Below, one piece after another: positions 41,352 to 54,619 of a stretch of DNA of 64,000 nt. The stretch is taken from contig OX597815.1 of NCBI GenBank assembly GCA_951406725.2, forward strand, positions 5,270,001 to 5,334,000, read 5' to 3'. Positions within the stretch are counted from its first letter, which is position 1; each line of letters starts with the position of its first letter. The DNA is from Octopus vulgaris. Taxonomy: Eukaryota. Both the position numbers and the translations under genes were made by a program. The notes beneath the pieces are model-generated. The model made no database searches. It had not been told where the DNA came from and worked only from the letters and a program-made list of their open reading frames with translations.

Positions 41352-42134
41352 TGTAGACGATTGGCTGGCTGGATCCTAACAACATTCAGAATTAGAGATA
41401 AGAAAACCATGATGGTCCTCTGGCGGACATTCGTCCTCGGCAGACGACTGGCTGGCTGGATCCTAAGAACATTCAGAACCAGAGAGAAGGAAACCATGAT
41501 GGTCCTCTGGTGGACATTCGTCCTCGGCAGACGACTGGCTGGATGGATCCTAAGAACATTCAGAACCAGAGATAAGGAAACCATGATGGTCCTCTGGCGG
41601 ACATTCGTCCTTAGCAGACGACTGGCTGGATGGATCCTAAGAAAATTCAGAACCAGAGATAAGGAAACCATGATGGTCCTCTGGCGGACATTCGTCCTCG
41701 GCAGACGACTGGCTGGATGGATCCTAAGAACATTCAGAACCAGAGATAAGGAAACCATGATGGTCCTCTGGCGGACATTCGTCCTCGGCAGACGACTGGC
41801 TGGATGGATCCTAAGAACATTCAGAACCAGAGATAAGGAAACCATGATGGTCCTCTGGCGGACATTCGTCCTCGGCAGACGACTGGCTGGATGGATCCTA
41901 AGAACATTCAGAACCAGAGAGAAGGAAACCATGATGGTCCTCTGGTGGACATTCGTCCTCGGCAGACGACTGGCTGGATGGATCCTAAGAACATTCAGTA
42001 CCAGAGAGAAGGAAACCATGATGGTCCTCTGGTGGACATTCGTCCTCGGCAGACGACTGGCTGGATGGATCCTAAGAACATTCAGTACCAGAGAGAAGGA
42101 AACCATGATGGTCCTCTGGTGGACATTCGTCCTC
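41352..42134 (+). repeat. 9 x 87-bp in-frame tandem repeat inside the LINE ORF
   Basis: The 29-aa unit GRRLAGWILRTFRTRDKETMMVLWRTFVL is repeated nine times. Confidence 0.97.
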
Positions 42135-42322
42135 AGCTACCTGGATTACTGCTCACAGATATGGTCACCCACCAGTGTGAAATTAACAGCGGACCTTGAA
42201 GCAATCTAGAGAAGATTCACAACGAAGGTCACCTCTTTGCAACAGCTCAGCTACTTGGAAAGGTTGAAACAGCTAAGACTCTACTCCCTGGAGAGAAGAC
42301 GGGAGAGGTATGCAGTAATATA

Positions 42323-43613
42323 CGAGGGGCGTTCAATAAGTAATGCCCCTGACCCACTTCCCATAGGAGTAAAGCAACGAAACTTGGCACAGTTATTAGT
42401 CTTTTTCTACATAGGAACCACTCAGAGTTACACATTTCTCCCATCGTTTGATACAACTCTGGAGACCGTTTTTGTAGAAGAACCCAGCTTGGTCCTCCAA
42501 CCTCAACGTGACTTCAGAAATCAAGGCTGCATCATCTGGGAAACGCTTTCCTTTCAAAAACAACTTCATGATTGGGAAGAGGTGAAAATCAGAGGGTGCA
42601 AGGTCAGGAAAGTAGGGGGGTTGAAGAGGAGTTCATTGCCATACGCCTGTGCTTCTGATCTGGCGACAAGCGAGTTGTGGACCGGAGCGTTGTCCTGCAG
42701 GAGGAGGATGCCTTTGCTGATCTTGCCCCGCCTCTTGATTTTGTTAACGTCTCTTAATTTCCTCAAAAGTGAAGCATAATAGGCTCCTGTAATTGTGGTA
42801 CCCTTTGCCAGGAAATCTGTCATCACTACTCCGTCCTGGTCCCAGAAGACTGTGAGCATGACCTTGCCAGCGGAGGGCTGCATCCTTGCCTTCTTTGGAG
42901 GAGGTGAGTCACGGTGTGTCCACTGCATTGACTGAGCTTTGGTCTCTGGATCATAATGATGGACCCAGGTTTCATCCTGTGTAATCAGTCTTTTGAAAAA
43001 TTTTGACTCATCTTCTTGGCACATCTCCAAATTCATCCTCGAGCACTCGACGCGTTCTTGCTTCTGGAAAGGTATGAGCAACCTGAGAATCCATCTGGCA
43101 GACACCTTTTGCATATGCAAATGGTCATGAATGATAGTTTCCACAGACCCGGTACTAATCTTGACCTCATGGGCTATTTGGCGAATAGTTATGCGTCGAT
43201 CTTACAAAATGGCAGCCTCAACTTGACGGACAGATGCCTCATCAATGGCAGAAGGGGGCCGACCAGATCTGGGAGCTGTTTCCACAGAGTTCCAACCATG
43301 TTTGAATTCATGATGCCAGCGTTTTACAAGATCATATGATGGGGCATCATCACCATAAGTTACTTTCATTTCATCAAAAGTCTCCCGTGGTGTGCGTCCT
43401 TTCAAATACAAAAACCGGATCACTGCTCGACACTCAACAATTTCACACTTGACTCAGTTCAAACACCTGTATATCAGAAACCACAATTAGTTCAGAGCTA
43501 ATCTATAGATTGCCACCTAATCTATAGAGATATAAATAATTGCACATGTAAATTTTCAGCTAGATCAAACAACTGCAAGTGGGTCAGAGGCATTACTTAT
43601 TGAACGCCCCTCG
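42323..43613 (-). mobile_element. Full-length mariner transposon (1291 bp), transposase disrupted
   Basis: TA|CGAGGGGCGTTCAATAAGTAATGCCCCTGACCCACTT...AAGTGGGTCAGAGGCATTACTTATTGAACGCCCCTCG|TA. ORFs 43202-43423 (HTH, RSGRP) and 42566-43144 (ITQDETWVHHYDPE, GKVMLTVFWD, LLQDNAPVH). Confidence 0.97.
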
Positions 43614-44039
43614 TATATCTGGAAAGTCCTGGAAGGAATTGTGCCAAATTTTGGCATTATAAGCTACACCAATGCCAGAACGGGACGACACGGCATAGTG
43701 CCAAAGATCCCAGCAATGCCATCACGCTTCAGGACCAGTTACTGCAACAGCCTAGGTTTCAGAGGCCCACAGCTATTTAATATTCTCCCAAAGAGCCTGA
43801 GGAACCTGCACAAAGTAGATGTCCGGTTTTTTAAATCAAAGCTGGACCTCTTCCTGTCGAGAGTCACAGATGAACCTACCTCACGGCACGAGGTGCAAAT
43901 GAGGGAAGCTATATCAAACTCCATTCTTCACCAAGTGTTACATATTAGAGGAGGGTTTTAGTAATAACAGTGTAGCACAAAACGGCGGTACATCAGCATG
44001 GCCGCAGCTCTGAGGTGAAACTAGAGAGAAAAAAATACG

Positions 44040-44166
44040 CATATATGTATATATGTATGTATGTAAGTATGTATGTAAGTATGTATGTATGCTGTATGTG
44101 TGCAGGCATGTATGTATGTACACATAGTGGATGTGTGTGTATGATGTATGCACATACATACATACA

Positions 44167-44231
<65 letters not shown>

Positions 44232-44459
44232 GTATATATATATATATATGAGTATATATTTATATATGTATATACATGAATATATATATATATGTATATA
44301 TATGTGTGTATATATATTTAGATTTATACATATATACATACACATACACACACGAATATATATATATATGCATACATGTGTACATATATACATATATATA
44401 TATATATATATGTGTGTGTGTATATATATGCATATACATACACATACATACATATATAT

Positions 44460-44493
<34 letters not shown>

Positions 44494-44504
44494 CATGTAT
44501 ACAT

Positions 44505-44560
<56 letters not shown>

Positions 44561-44590
44561 ACATACACACACATATATATATATATATAC
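44040..44590. repeat. Compound TA/TACA/TATG microsatellite
   Basis: Direct inspection. Confidence 0.95.
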
Positions 44591-45046
44591 AATTTTCCCT
44601 CCCGAGCGTCCAACGTTTGCTTGTTGTTCCTACATCTGGTTTCGTTTTTCGTTTTTCTTTCAATTTCAACTTTACATGTAACACACATATATTCGGAGTG
44701 AGTGATCGTTGTTTTGCTTTCATCTGATGGAAGCTATGAGCGGAAAGATGCACGAATATTTTCCATGTTTCAACGTCTAGTTCCTTATATCTGATACATT
44801 CACGATATTCTGTTCCTTAGAGACGGCTTTTTTACATATTAGCAACAACATTATGCCACATCAGAAGGTAGCACGTTAATTATTATTGAGGTGGCTCTTC
44901 CTCAGGTATGTAATATCTTTTACATGTTCACATAAAGGAATTTTAAACGCTTTACTGTTGTCTTTGTCTAAAAAAAATATGGGTTTTAGCTATTTCCTAC
45001 TTTCGATTGCACACTGGTGAAAGAGGAGCAAGTGGGACCTCCTTAC

Positions 45047-45498
45047 GGATCTTTTCGGTTTGAACGGCAGTTTTTTCTAGCGGTGTCATAGGAAATTGTC
45101 AACCATAATTATGACCCTAGTATCGATCTATTGCATTTCAATCTGTTTTAGGGTTAGGGTTTAGTTAGGGTTTAGGTTAGGGTTAGGGTTAGGGTTAGGG
45201 GTGGGGGGAAGGGTATATTTTTTCTTCAGAAATGTAAATAAACCCAATCTGTTTCTTAAACGAGGGACATATTCATACGGCACAGAATTTTTTCACCTCA
45301 ATAGACGTCATTGATTGGTTGAAATTGCAGAAATTAAAGAAAAAAACAACAACAAATATCTTACAAACTATAGAATTTTCTCAATAAAGCCAAGAGAAAA
45401 GGATGTTTTATAAACACATTCTACCAGTATACGAAGTTTAAAAGTGTTTAGTTACCTAGAAATTATGTTAAAAACTGCCGTTCAAACCGAAAAGATCA
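45047..45498. mobile_element. Non-autonomous TIR element (about 450 bp) with 9-10-bp TSD and internal (TTAGGG)n
   Basis: TIR GATCTTTTCGGTTTGAACGGCAGTTTTT at both ends. (A)CCTCCTTAC duplicated at 45037-45046 and 45498-45507. TTAGGG run at 45148-45200. Confidence 0.9.
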
Positions 45499-45708
45499 CC
45501 TCCTTACTGCTTGAAGGTCACATTTTTTCGATAAGGCATTTTTTCACTAAGGAAAGTAACTCTGAATGTTGAGGTTTCATCGCTACCATGACAACCAATG
45601 TTATTTCTTCTTAAAGTATAAGTTTGCAAACTGAATCATGGACGAGGAATTCCATCTAGATGAAATCTCCAAACGGTTTAAATGCACAAGTCTCTGAAAT
45701 CCGAGTAG

Positions 45709-45969
45709 CTAAAAAGTGTCAACAGAAGAGCCTCCTCTAATATGTGGAATTTGGTGAAAAAGGGAATTTGATGTCGTTACCCTCATTGGCACCTCTTGCA
45801 ACGAGGTAGGTTCATCTGGGACTCTCGACAGGAAGGGATCCAGTTTTGATCTGAAAACACCCACATCCATTTTGTGTAGGTCTCTCAGACTCTTTGGGAG
45901 AATATTAAAAAGCTGTGGGCCCTTGAAACCCAGGCTGTTGCAGAAGCTGGTCCTGAAGTGCGATAGCAT
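45709..45969 (-). mobile_element. CR1/L2-type LINE 3' end (same family as 43620-43961)
   Basis: FRTSFCNSLGFKGPQLFNILPKSLRDL..FRSKLDPFLSRVPDEPT. Confidence 0.9.
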
Positions 45970-46200
45970 ATTTCTTTTGCTTTCTCTTTTTCATAATTGT
46001 CATTTTACCTGTAATTACACCTTTTCTGTTTTTAAAACCCATAAAAAAATATTTTCGAGTGGGTTTTAGGGGCTGGAATGGATTAATTATATTTTAGTTA
46101 ATTTCAATGGGGGAAAATTGATTCGTAAAACGAGTAAATTGTAGGATGAGCTCAGTCATAGAACGAACTAAACCCTTACTACGAGGAATCACTGTATATA

Positions 46201-46263
<63 letters not shown>

Positions 46264-46573
46264 CATACAAATTTAAAGGACTGAACACGAAAAGTGGTGG
46301 ACAGTCAACATGCTAGATATAGACGTCAAATCGCTATTTTCCACAAAGAGTATGTTCTCAAATAAAAACTCAGCATAAAACCAAAGCATTAAACAAGACA
46401 AATGAAAATATACGAAATAAAAATAATTACCCGTGTACTGAGATCATACACTTTGTGGAAAATAGCGTGTTCAGTCCTTTAAATTTGTATGTAAAAATAT
46501 TTTAATCTTCGGATTCTTTTTAATATGCTGGGCCACTGGTTTTAATTGACTAATATCAATTTCTACCCTTATT

Positions 46574-46629
<56 letters not shown>

Positions 46630-47076
46630 GGGAGAAAGAGAGAGAGGGCGAGAAAGAGAGAGACACACAAACACATAGATTGCGAAAGATGATAAATAGG
46701 GAGAGAGGAAGGAAGACAGAGGAGTGAGAGACAGGCGATCAGGCGGACAACAGGAGAATTGATGTAAAGGCTTTGGATTTGGGAAGCAGTTTTCCTCCAT
46801 TCCTCTACAAAATATAATAATTCTTCTTGACCAAATTCTATCCGAACGTCAATGATACAAACTCCAGCTGTTCCTCAGCATTGTAAATAATTCTAGTGAA
46901 GATCTTTAGATCGGCACCTAAGAAATTTATGGTAACCCAGCTGTTGGAATCATTGAGGGTTTCGTAAAAGGAAATGTCAGAGGATTCAGTGCAGAAATGT
47001 AGAGAAGTACACACAGGGGGCGCCCTCGGAAGTTTGCTTTGAAAACATTCAGAACTTGGGAAACAACAGTTTGGCG

Positions 47077-47224
<148 letters not shown>

Positions 47225-47658
47225 ATACTCACACACACATACATATATATGAGTGTATGTTTACGTGTATATATACATACACACATGCATCTTTGTGTGT
47301 GTGTGTGTGTGTGTGTGTACATACATCTATCTATCTATTTATCTATCTATCTTTGTATATATATACACAAGCAACAAGAATGGATTAGTTGTTCAGTACA
47401 ATTGTTTCATACGAAGAACAGATTTATTAAAAGCTGCAAATATTGCAGCTAATACAAGTGTCCCGTATTCATCAGCCAAAACGCATATGAGTTTTCCAAA
47501 CATCCTAGGGGGTGAGGCTACACTCATGAAGTATCGAAGAGAGTTCTATGAAAAGCAAAGTTAGATTGTAAGCAGACTTAAAATGTTTTCTAATGATGCA
47601 CAGTTTTATAAAAGGTTTTTAGCCTCAGCCCCTAGGATGTTTGGAAAACTCATATGTG

Positions 47659-47749
47659 TTTTGGCTGATGAATACGGGACACTTGTATTTGCTGCAATAT
47701 TTGCAGCTTTTAATAAATCTGTTCTTCGTATGAAACAACTGTACTGAAC
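47659..47749 (+). ncRNA. Putative type-I hammerhead ribozyme with extended stem II; inverted copy at 47391-47481
   Basis: TTTTGG-CTGATGA-ATACG(..GCTGCAA..TTGCAGC..)CGTAT-GAAA-CAACTG-TA-CTGAA. The minus copy has the palindromic stem III CAATTG. Confidence 0.75.
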
Positions 47750-47911
47750 AACTAATCCATTCTTGTTGCTTTTTTTCTTGTTTATAATCACCCCACATTA
47801 TTTTATCGCTAATACCATATAGATTTCTGGTGCCTCTAAGTTAAGTACCGCATTCATGTGAATTCATTGGGACTCACTTGAATCTTAATTGTTTTACTGA
47901 AATTATATACA

Positions 47912-48082
<171 letters not shown>

Positions 48083-48133
48083 GGTACTGTAAATTTAGGG
48101 TGAATACTTGATAAGTGTAAGTACCTGTATATA

Positions 48134-48204
<71 letters not shown>

Positions 48205-48259
48205 CAAAATGTATATATTCAAAAATATTTTCACTCCATCCCTAGGACACTTGCAAATC

Positions 48260-48754
48260 AGCAATCCAGCTGATTCTTTTACCGCTGCAGATACAAAAAC
48301 AGAGGCAGTGATGATTGATTACATGTAGGCGATGTAATAAGGGCTATAGATGAAATGAACCCAAACTCAGCTACTGGCCCTCATGGATTCCCAGCAATCC
48401 TTCTAAAAGCACGTAAGCGAGTCCTAGCAAGACCACTGCAGTCCCTCTTTCAGAGCTTCCTTGCAACTGGCAAAACTTCCAAGCAAGCTGAAGGAGGGTA
48501 AAATATGCCCTATTCATAAAGGGAGTAGCTGAGCAGAGGCCCAAAACTACAGACCAATCTCTCTGACCTCGCACATCAGCAAAATCATGGAACGAATAGT
48601 CAGAATAAAACTAATCACCTTCCTTGATTTAAATGACTTGCTGACTGACACCCAACGTGGTTTTCGACCAGGAAGAAGCTGCCTGACTCAGCTCTTATAA
48701 CACTATGACTGGGTGTTGAAACAGCTGCTCAACCACTCAAATGTGGAAGTGATA

Positions 48755-48755
<1 letters not shown>
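48260..48755 (+). mobile_element. CR1/L2-type LINE reverse-transcriptase N-terminal fragment
   Basis: MNPNSATGPHGFPAILLK..LARPLQSLFQSFLATG..ICPIHKG..NYRPISLTSHISKIMERIV..QRGFRPGRSCLTQLL, with frameshifts and stops. Confidence 0.9.
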
Positions 48756-48810
<55 letters not shown>

Positions 48811-49634
48811 GTAGTAGTAGTAGTAGTAGTAGTAGTGGGGGATGAGAAGATGAAAAAGTGGAAGGGAAAGTAGCAGTAGAAGATGGAAATAGTGATGATG
48901 ACGATGACGACGACGACGACGATGATGGTAGTGAGTCTATTGTGGCAAGGAAGGTGGCCATGATCCTGTTGTTGTTCTTTTAGCTGCTGATGTGATTGAT
49001 GTTGTAGTTGTTGTTGTTGTTGTTGTTGTTGTTGTTCATCATGGGCTGTGGTGGATAAAATAAAATTCCGGCTGGTTTACCCTCATGGTTACTCACGGTG
49101 CGATACGAAGTAGAGATACGCTTCAGGTTATTTTCTATTTGTCTCTCGTTTCGGTTATTAAAGAGATGAACAACATATGCCCACATACATGTATGTGTGC
49201 ATATGTATTTGTATATATATATATATATATATATGTAACGAACTCGAACCCACAAGAGTAAGCAAGAGAGACAGAAACAGGCAGAAACAAGGAAAGCACC
49301 TCTTGTATTTGAATACTATGCAAATATTCTTTTAAAGTACTTTCCATTAAAATTTTCCAAAATTTAATTGTTTTCCATACTTACAGTTGAAACAATCTCA
49401 ATGACTGAAACCGGTACTGAAATGTTTTTTGTAAAATTATTTTAGCATTTTCTACCTTGACTTTTTTTCCATATATATATATATATATAATTTCAGTAAA
49501 ACAATTAAGATTCAAGTGAGTTCCAAAGAATTCACATGAATGCGGTACTTAAGTTAGATGCACCAGAAATCTATATGGTATTAACCATACAATAATGTGG
49601 GGTGATTATAAACGAGAAAAACGCAACAAGAATG

Positions 49635-49785
49635 GTGTACAAAACAAACAGATGTATTAGTATAACGCTCAGGAATAGAGAAAGTCTTTTACGTTTCGAG
49701 CCTACGCTCTTCGACAGAAAGATACACAGAAAAAAACAAGGAGAGAAACAAGGAGAGAAAAAAATGTGTGTAGTAGCTAACGATC

Positions 49786-49787
<2 letters not shown>
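49635..49787 (-). mobile_element. Repeat family E copy
   Basis: Minus strand CTTTCTGTCGAAGAGCGTAGGCTCGAAACGTAAAAG at 49686-49721. Confidence 0.75.
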
Positions 49788-49840
<53 letters not shown>

Positions 49841-49841
49841 T

Positions 49842-50168
49842 TGTATGGTTGTTATTTTTAGGGGCAGGTCGAATCTATATATCGTCATTGTATTCTTTCA
49901 ACTAAATTCTATCTTTTTTTTAAAAATAACATTTCTATTTGCTTGCTTTTATTAAATTCTTTAAAAGAAATCTCTTCAATTTTCACAGATCCCTTATGTA
50001 ACGGAATTTTGTGTATGGTTGTTATTTTTAGGGGCAGGTCGAATCTATATATCGTCATTGTATTCTTTCAACTAAATTCTATCTTTTTTTTAAAAATAAC
50101 ATTTCTATTTGCTTGCTTTTATTAAATTCTTTTTTTAAAAAAGAAATCTCTTCAATTTCTACAGATCC
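49842..50168. repeat. Tandem duplication, period 170 bp
   Basis: 49842-49990 and 50012-50168 are nearly identical. Confidence 0.93.
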
Positions 50169-50493
50169 GTTTGTGAGGACAGCAGACACATTTCATTGGC
50201 TAAATTGTCTGCATTTTCAACGATAGTCTTTTTGTTGTAACTTTAAATGCCTCTATTCTTGGTTATTATTAATTTTTCCGAAAAAATAAAAAAATGAACG
50301 CGATATTTACCATCATCATGGAAAAATACATGTGTGTGGGAAATTTGAAACTGAATCCATTGAGAATGGAAAAATCTCCAAGTGGTTGGAAGAAAAGGAA
50401 AAAGATCCGAACTCTCATTCATAGTTGACATTTGTCTGGATGTGTGGAATTGTAACCGTGTCTTTAAGGCGTATCTACTTCGACAATGAATAA

Positions 50494-50553
<60 letters not shown>

Positions 50554-51101
50554 TGCACACACACGCGCGTGCGCAAATATATATGTACACACACACACTC
50601 CCATACACACACGCACACACACACACGCATACACACACATGCACAAAAATACTCAGACGCTGTGGCATGTGCATTTTATTTCAGTATTGAATTCTCCATC
50701 ACCACCACTACCACTACCACCACAACCACCACCGTCTTTCTCCCTTCAATCTTTCTTTCTTCGCTCTCTCTCTCTCTCTCTCTCTCACTCTCTCACAACC
50801 TCCCTTCACATCCCTGACTCTGTCATTTCGTCTTTCCTCCTATGAAGACTCTCGCTTACTTTCACCTACTTTCCTTGAAAGACGCTCTCTTCCACTTTGG
50901 TTCCCTCTCTCTTTCTTTCTCCCTCCCTCTCCCTCTCCCTCTCTCCTCGTCTATACCGCCTATATTCGATTATTTTTAAGAACAACAATTGGTCACAAAG
51001 TATTTGAGATACCTTTAGAATAACTGTGAACATTTTAAAGCTATATCTACAGTTCTCTCTCTCTCTTTCTCTCTGCCTGTCTGTCTCTCTCTGTATCTCT
51101 C

Positions 51102-51143
<42 letters not shown>

Positions 51144-51214
51144 CTATCTATCTATTTATGAATATATATATATATATAATAATTATAATATATAATAATA
51201 TAAATATATGTACA

Positions 51215-51445
51215 TGTGTGTGTTTGTGTGTCTGTGTTTGTCCCCCTAGCATTGCTTGACAACCGATGCTGGTGTGTTTATGTCCCCGTTACTTAGCGGT
51301 TCGGCAAAAGAGACCGATAGAATAAGTACTGGCCTTACAAAAGAATAAGCCCGGGGTCGATTTGCTCGATTAAATGCGGTGCTCCAGCATGGTCGCAGTC
51401 AAATGACTGAAACAAGTAAAAGAGTAAAAAGAGTAAAGAGTAAGA

Positions 51446-51447
<2 letters not shown>
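51215..51447 (+). mobile_element. SINE family A, 3' half
   Basis: Body and (AAGAGT)n-like tail match 24240-24461. Confidence 0.9.
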
Positions 51448-51503
<56 letters not shown>

Positions 51504-51672
51504 GTAAAAATGCACATCATGGCAGCGTCCTACAAGACATGACATTTCACGACAGTAAAGCTCCGGGGGAGTGATCTTCATGGTAGTATATAAAATGTTA
51601 TGTGAAGTATAGTGTAAACAGTTTTGAGATCAATGAACATTTTTCATAAAAGAAAAATTCAGACACCACTGC

Positions 51673-51739
<67 letters not shown>

Positions 51740-52376
51740 TGTGAGTGTGTGCGAGTGCATTATCCTAGCGGTATAATCTCAAAACTAATATTCTTTTCTA
51801 CTCTAGACACAAGGTCCGAAATTTTTTTGAGTGGGGGGAATCAGTCGATTTGAGCGACCCCAGTATGCAACTGGTACTAAAATTTATCGATCTCGAAAGG
51901 ATTAGGAGTATCGGAAAAGTGCTTGGCAGTATTTGTGCAGGTTCTTTATATTAGTTGAAATCTCAAAACCAATGTCCATTTGAAAATGAATTTAATACGT
52001 AAGTTTCGGATAGTTACATAAGATAGCCCTTACATTAAGAATCCTTCGCAGTGAATATTTCAAAATATATATCACATTATATTAGATATGTTATATATTA
52101 TTTCCAAATATATCATCATCATCATCGTCGTCATCGTCGTCGTTGTTCTTGTTGCTGTATATGATTTTATATGTACTTCTTTATATATAAAATAATAAAT
52201 GGTATATATATATATATATATATATATAATGCAGCATCAATATCTTACATGTCTAGGGTATAAACGGCTGATTTGATTTTGCTTTTTAAATTTTCCATAA
52301 CATTTTAAAACCGAGAATCAAATAATTATCAATTAATAAAATATATCCGAAAATATTTTTATCATTTATATGTATG

Positions 52377-52482
<106 letters not shown>

Positions 52483-52710
52483 CATTGCTGCCGATACATA
52501 TTAGGTGCTCTTAAAAATAAGGTGTGCGCGTACATATTTAAGAATGTGTCGGATAATTTACTCTGTTACGCAAGGCAAGAATGAACAAAATATAATATCG
52601 CCAATTATATTTAAATGGATTGTAAATAAAATTACAAAGTTACACATCAAGAAAAAATATTCTAATTATTTGCTTATATTTATTGCAATGCACTAATTAT
52701 CGTTATACAT

Positions 52711-52747
<37 letters not shown>

Positions 52748-53727
52748 CATATATGCATACATACGTGTGTGTGTGTGCGTGTACTTATTTTTTAATCATT
52801 ACTTTAAACAATTTCTTAAACATATTTCAATTTTATTGGTTTTGGATTTTTCGGCAACACAATTAAGCATTTTTGATGATATATAATGAATTAATATATA
52901 TTATTGTGACTTATTTTAATAACCATTTTTTGTATTATTTTTAAATTATAAATTTAATTAAATGTGAACTTTAAAATATATATAATTATCAAAATCTAGG
53001 TTTAAATAATTAGATATATTAAATAAATTTAATCTCAAATAATATATTATTTACATACTTTTTAATCAAATGAAAAACCAGCATAAGTATCGTCTGCTTT
53101 ATAGAGAAATTCGTTTGGTTAACTCGCAGCAGAATTCTGACATTTTAGAAATCAAAGGTGAAGTAAAGTAACTTTTCTCTTTGGAAAAACGCTTACGTAT
53201 TTTGCTAATCGAGTCTTCGATTGAAAGTGGATGTTCTTTGTGTAGCTGCACTATTATTATCGTGAGATGCAGAAGACTTCAAACAATAACTTATCTGTTT
53301 ATTCTCAAGGCGTTCTGCCCGGTTTCGACAATGCTAATCGGTGTTGTTTTCCATCAATGGAGTATATCTCTATCTAAACGATGTGTGTCCACAGTGCACA
53401 CGATTCACAGACGTTAGTAAACTTTGAGACAATGCGGTGTTTCGACCTTATTGTGAGTGTCCTCGGTCAAAGTTATTACACACTGTTTACGTGGAGATTA
53501 TATTCATGAGAAATTGATTTACTTACAGGATTTGCCTCAAAACGCGTTAGAAGATCTAATAGACTGTGTTATTGAAATATTTCGTGGAAGACTATAAAGT
53601 TTATTTTTAAAAATTTGTCAAAAACAGTTCCGATTACGCTTGATGGCATCCCAAAAATATTTGGGCGAAATGTTGGTTTTGTAAAGTAGTTTGAAGCTTT
53701 TGGTCATACGCTCGTGTTTGAATTAAC

Positions 53728-54352
53728 CAGTAGTTCTCAACTAGGGGCCCATTTGACCTTTAGGGGTTCATATAAGATTCTTTGTTAAAATATATGTGGA
53801 ACAGATTGCCTATACTTCTACAATAAACCAACCATCAAAACATGTTATACAATTGCTAATAAAATTTAGTGGAGGCGCAATGGCCCAGTGGTTAGGGCAG
53901 CGGACTCGCGGTCATACGATCGCGGTTTCGATTCCCAGACCGGGCGTTGTGAGTGTTTATTGAGCGAAAACACCTAAAAGCTCCACGAGGCTCCGGCAGG
54001 GGATGGTGAGTATCCCTGCTGTACTCTTTCACCACAACTTTCTCTCACTCTTACTTCCTGTTTCTGTTGTACCTGTATTTCAAAGGGCCGGCCTTGTCAC
54101 TCTCTGTGTCACGCTGAATATCCCCGAGAACTACGTTAAGGGTACACGTGTCTGTGGAGTGCTCAGCCACTTACACGTTAATTTCACGAGCATGCTGTTC
54201 CATTGATTCGGATCAACCGGAACCCTCGTCGTCATAACCGACGGAGTGCTTCCACAATAAAATTTAATTATAAAAATATGACTTTTAAAAAATATCGAAC
54301 GGTTATGAGGGTCCATCTGAGTAAAATAGGGGAAAATGGGTGAGAACCCCTG
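53728..54352. mobile_element. hAT-like MITE split by a SINE
   Basis: Ends CAGTAGTTCTCAACT / GGGTGAGAACCCCTG. Imperfect 8-bp flanks GAATTAAC / AAATAAAC. Confidence 0.6.
53871..54255 (+). mobile_element. SINE family B, tail type 3, full length
   Basis: tRNA-like head, tail ..ACCCTCGTCGTCATAACCGACGGAGTGCTTCC. TSD AATAAAATTTA at 53858-53868 and 54256-54266. Confidence 0.93.
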
Positions 54353-54619
54353 AAATAAACCATCAGGAAGGAGCGGATGACTTCATGAGATTTGTGAGAA
54401 AGGGAGTCAGTTTCATAGGTATTAAAATAGTTTACTTTACTTTGAAATGAACTTGAACGAGTTTACCATGAATTACTAATTTCTAACAAGGTACCGTAGT
54501 TGAGTGGTGGACGAGAACGAGAGAGGTTTGGTAAATGTTTAAGTGGAACCGGATTATTTTATTTAGCATCGTCCACGATTTGCCTCAGCTCATTGATGCT
54601 CTCTCTCTCTCTCTCTCTC

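Larger units (their letters stand above)
41298..43961 (+). mobile_element. CR1/L2-type LINE 3' part (post-RT region), interrupted by a mariner
   Basis: LAGWILRTF..LWRTFVLSYLDYCSQIWSP..LEAI*RRFT..LSYLERLKQLRLYSLERRRERYAVIY|IWKVLEG..GPQLFNILPKSLR..FKSKLDLFL. The frame is restored when the mariner and one TA are removed. Confidence 0.9.

Noticed and set aside
41352-42134. CRISPR-like or host repeat-protein interpretation of the 87-bp array
   Set aside because: No unique spacers, and the unit is colinear with LINE ORF2 sequence on both sides.
42237-42779. 180-aa ORF as a gene
   Set aside because: Chimeric read-through from the LINE frame into the antisense strand of the mariner.
45148-45200. 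True telomere or chromosome-fusion scar
   Set aside because: Short tract enclosed by TIRs and a TSD.
52860-53080. Extremely AT-rich stretch as origin or organellar insert
   Set aside because: No recognisable gene or motif. Composition alone is insufficient.
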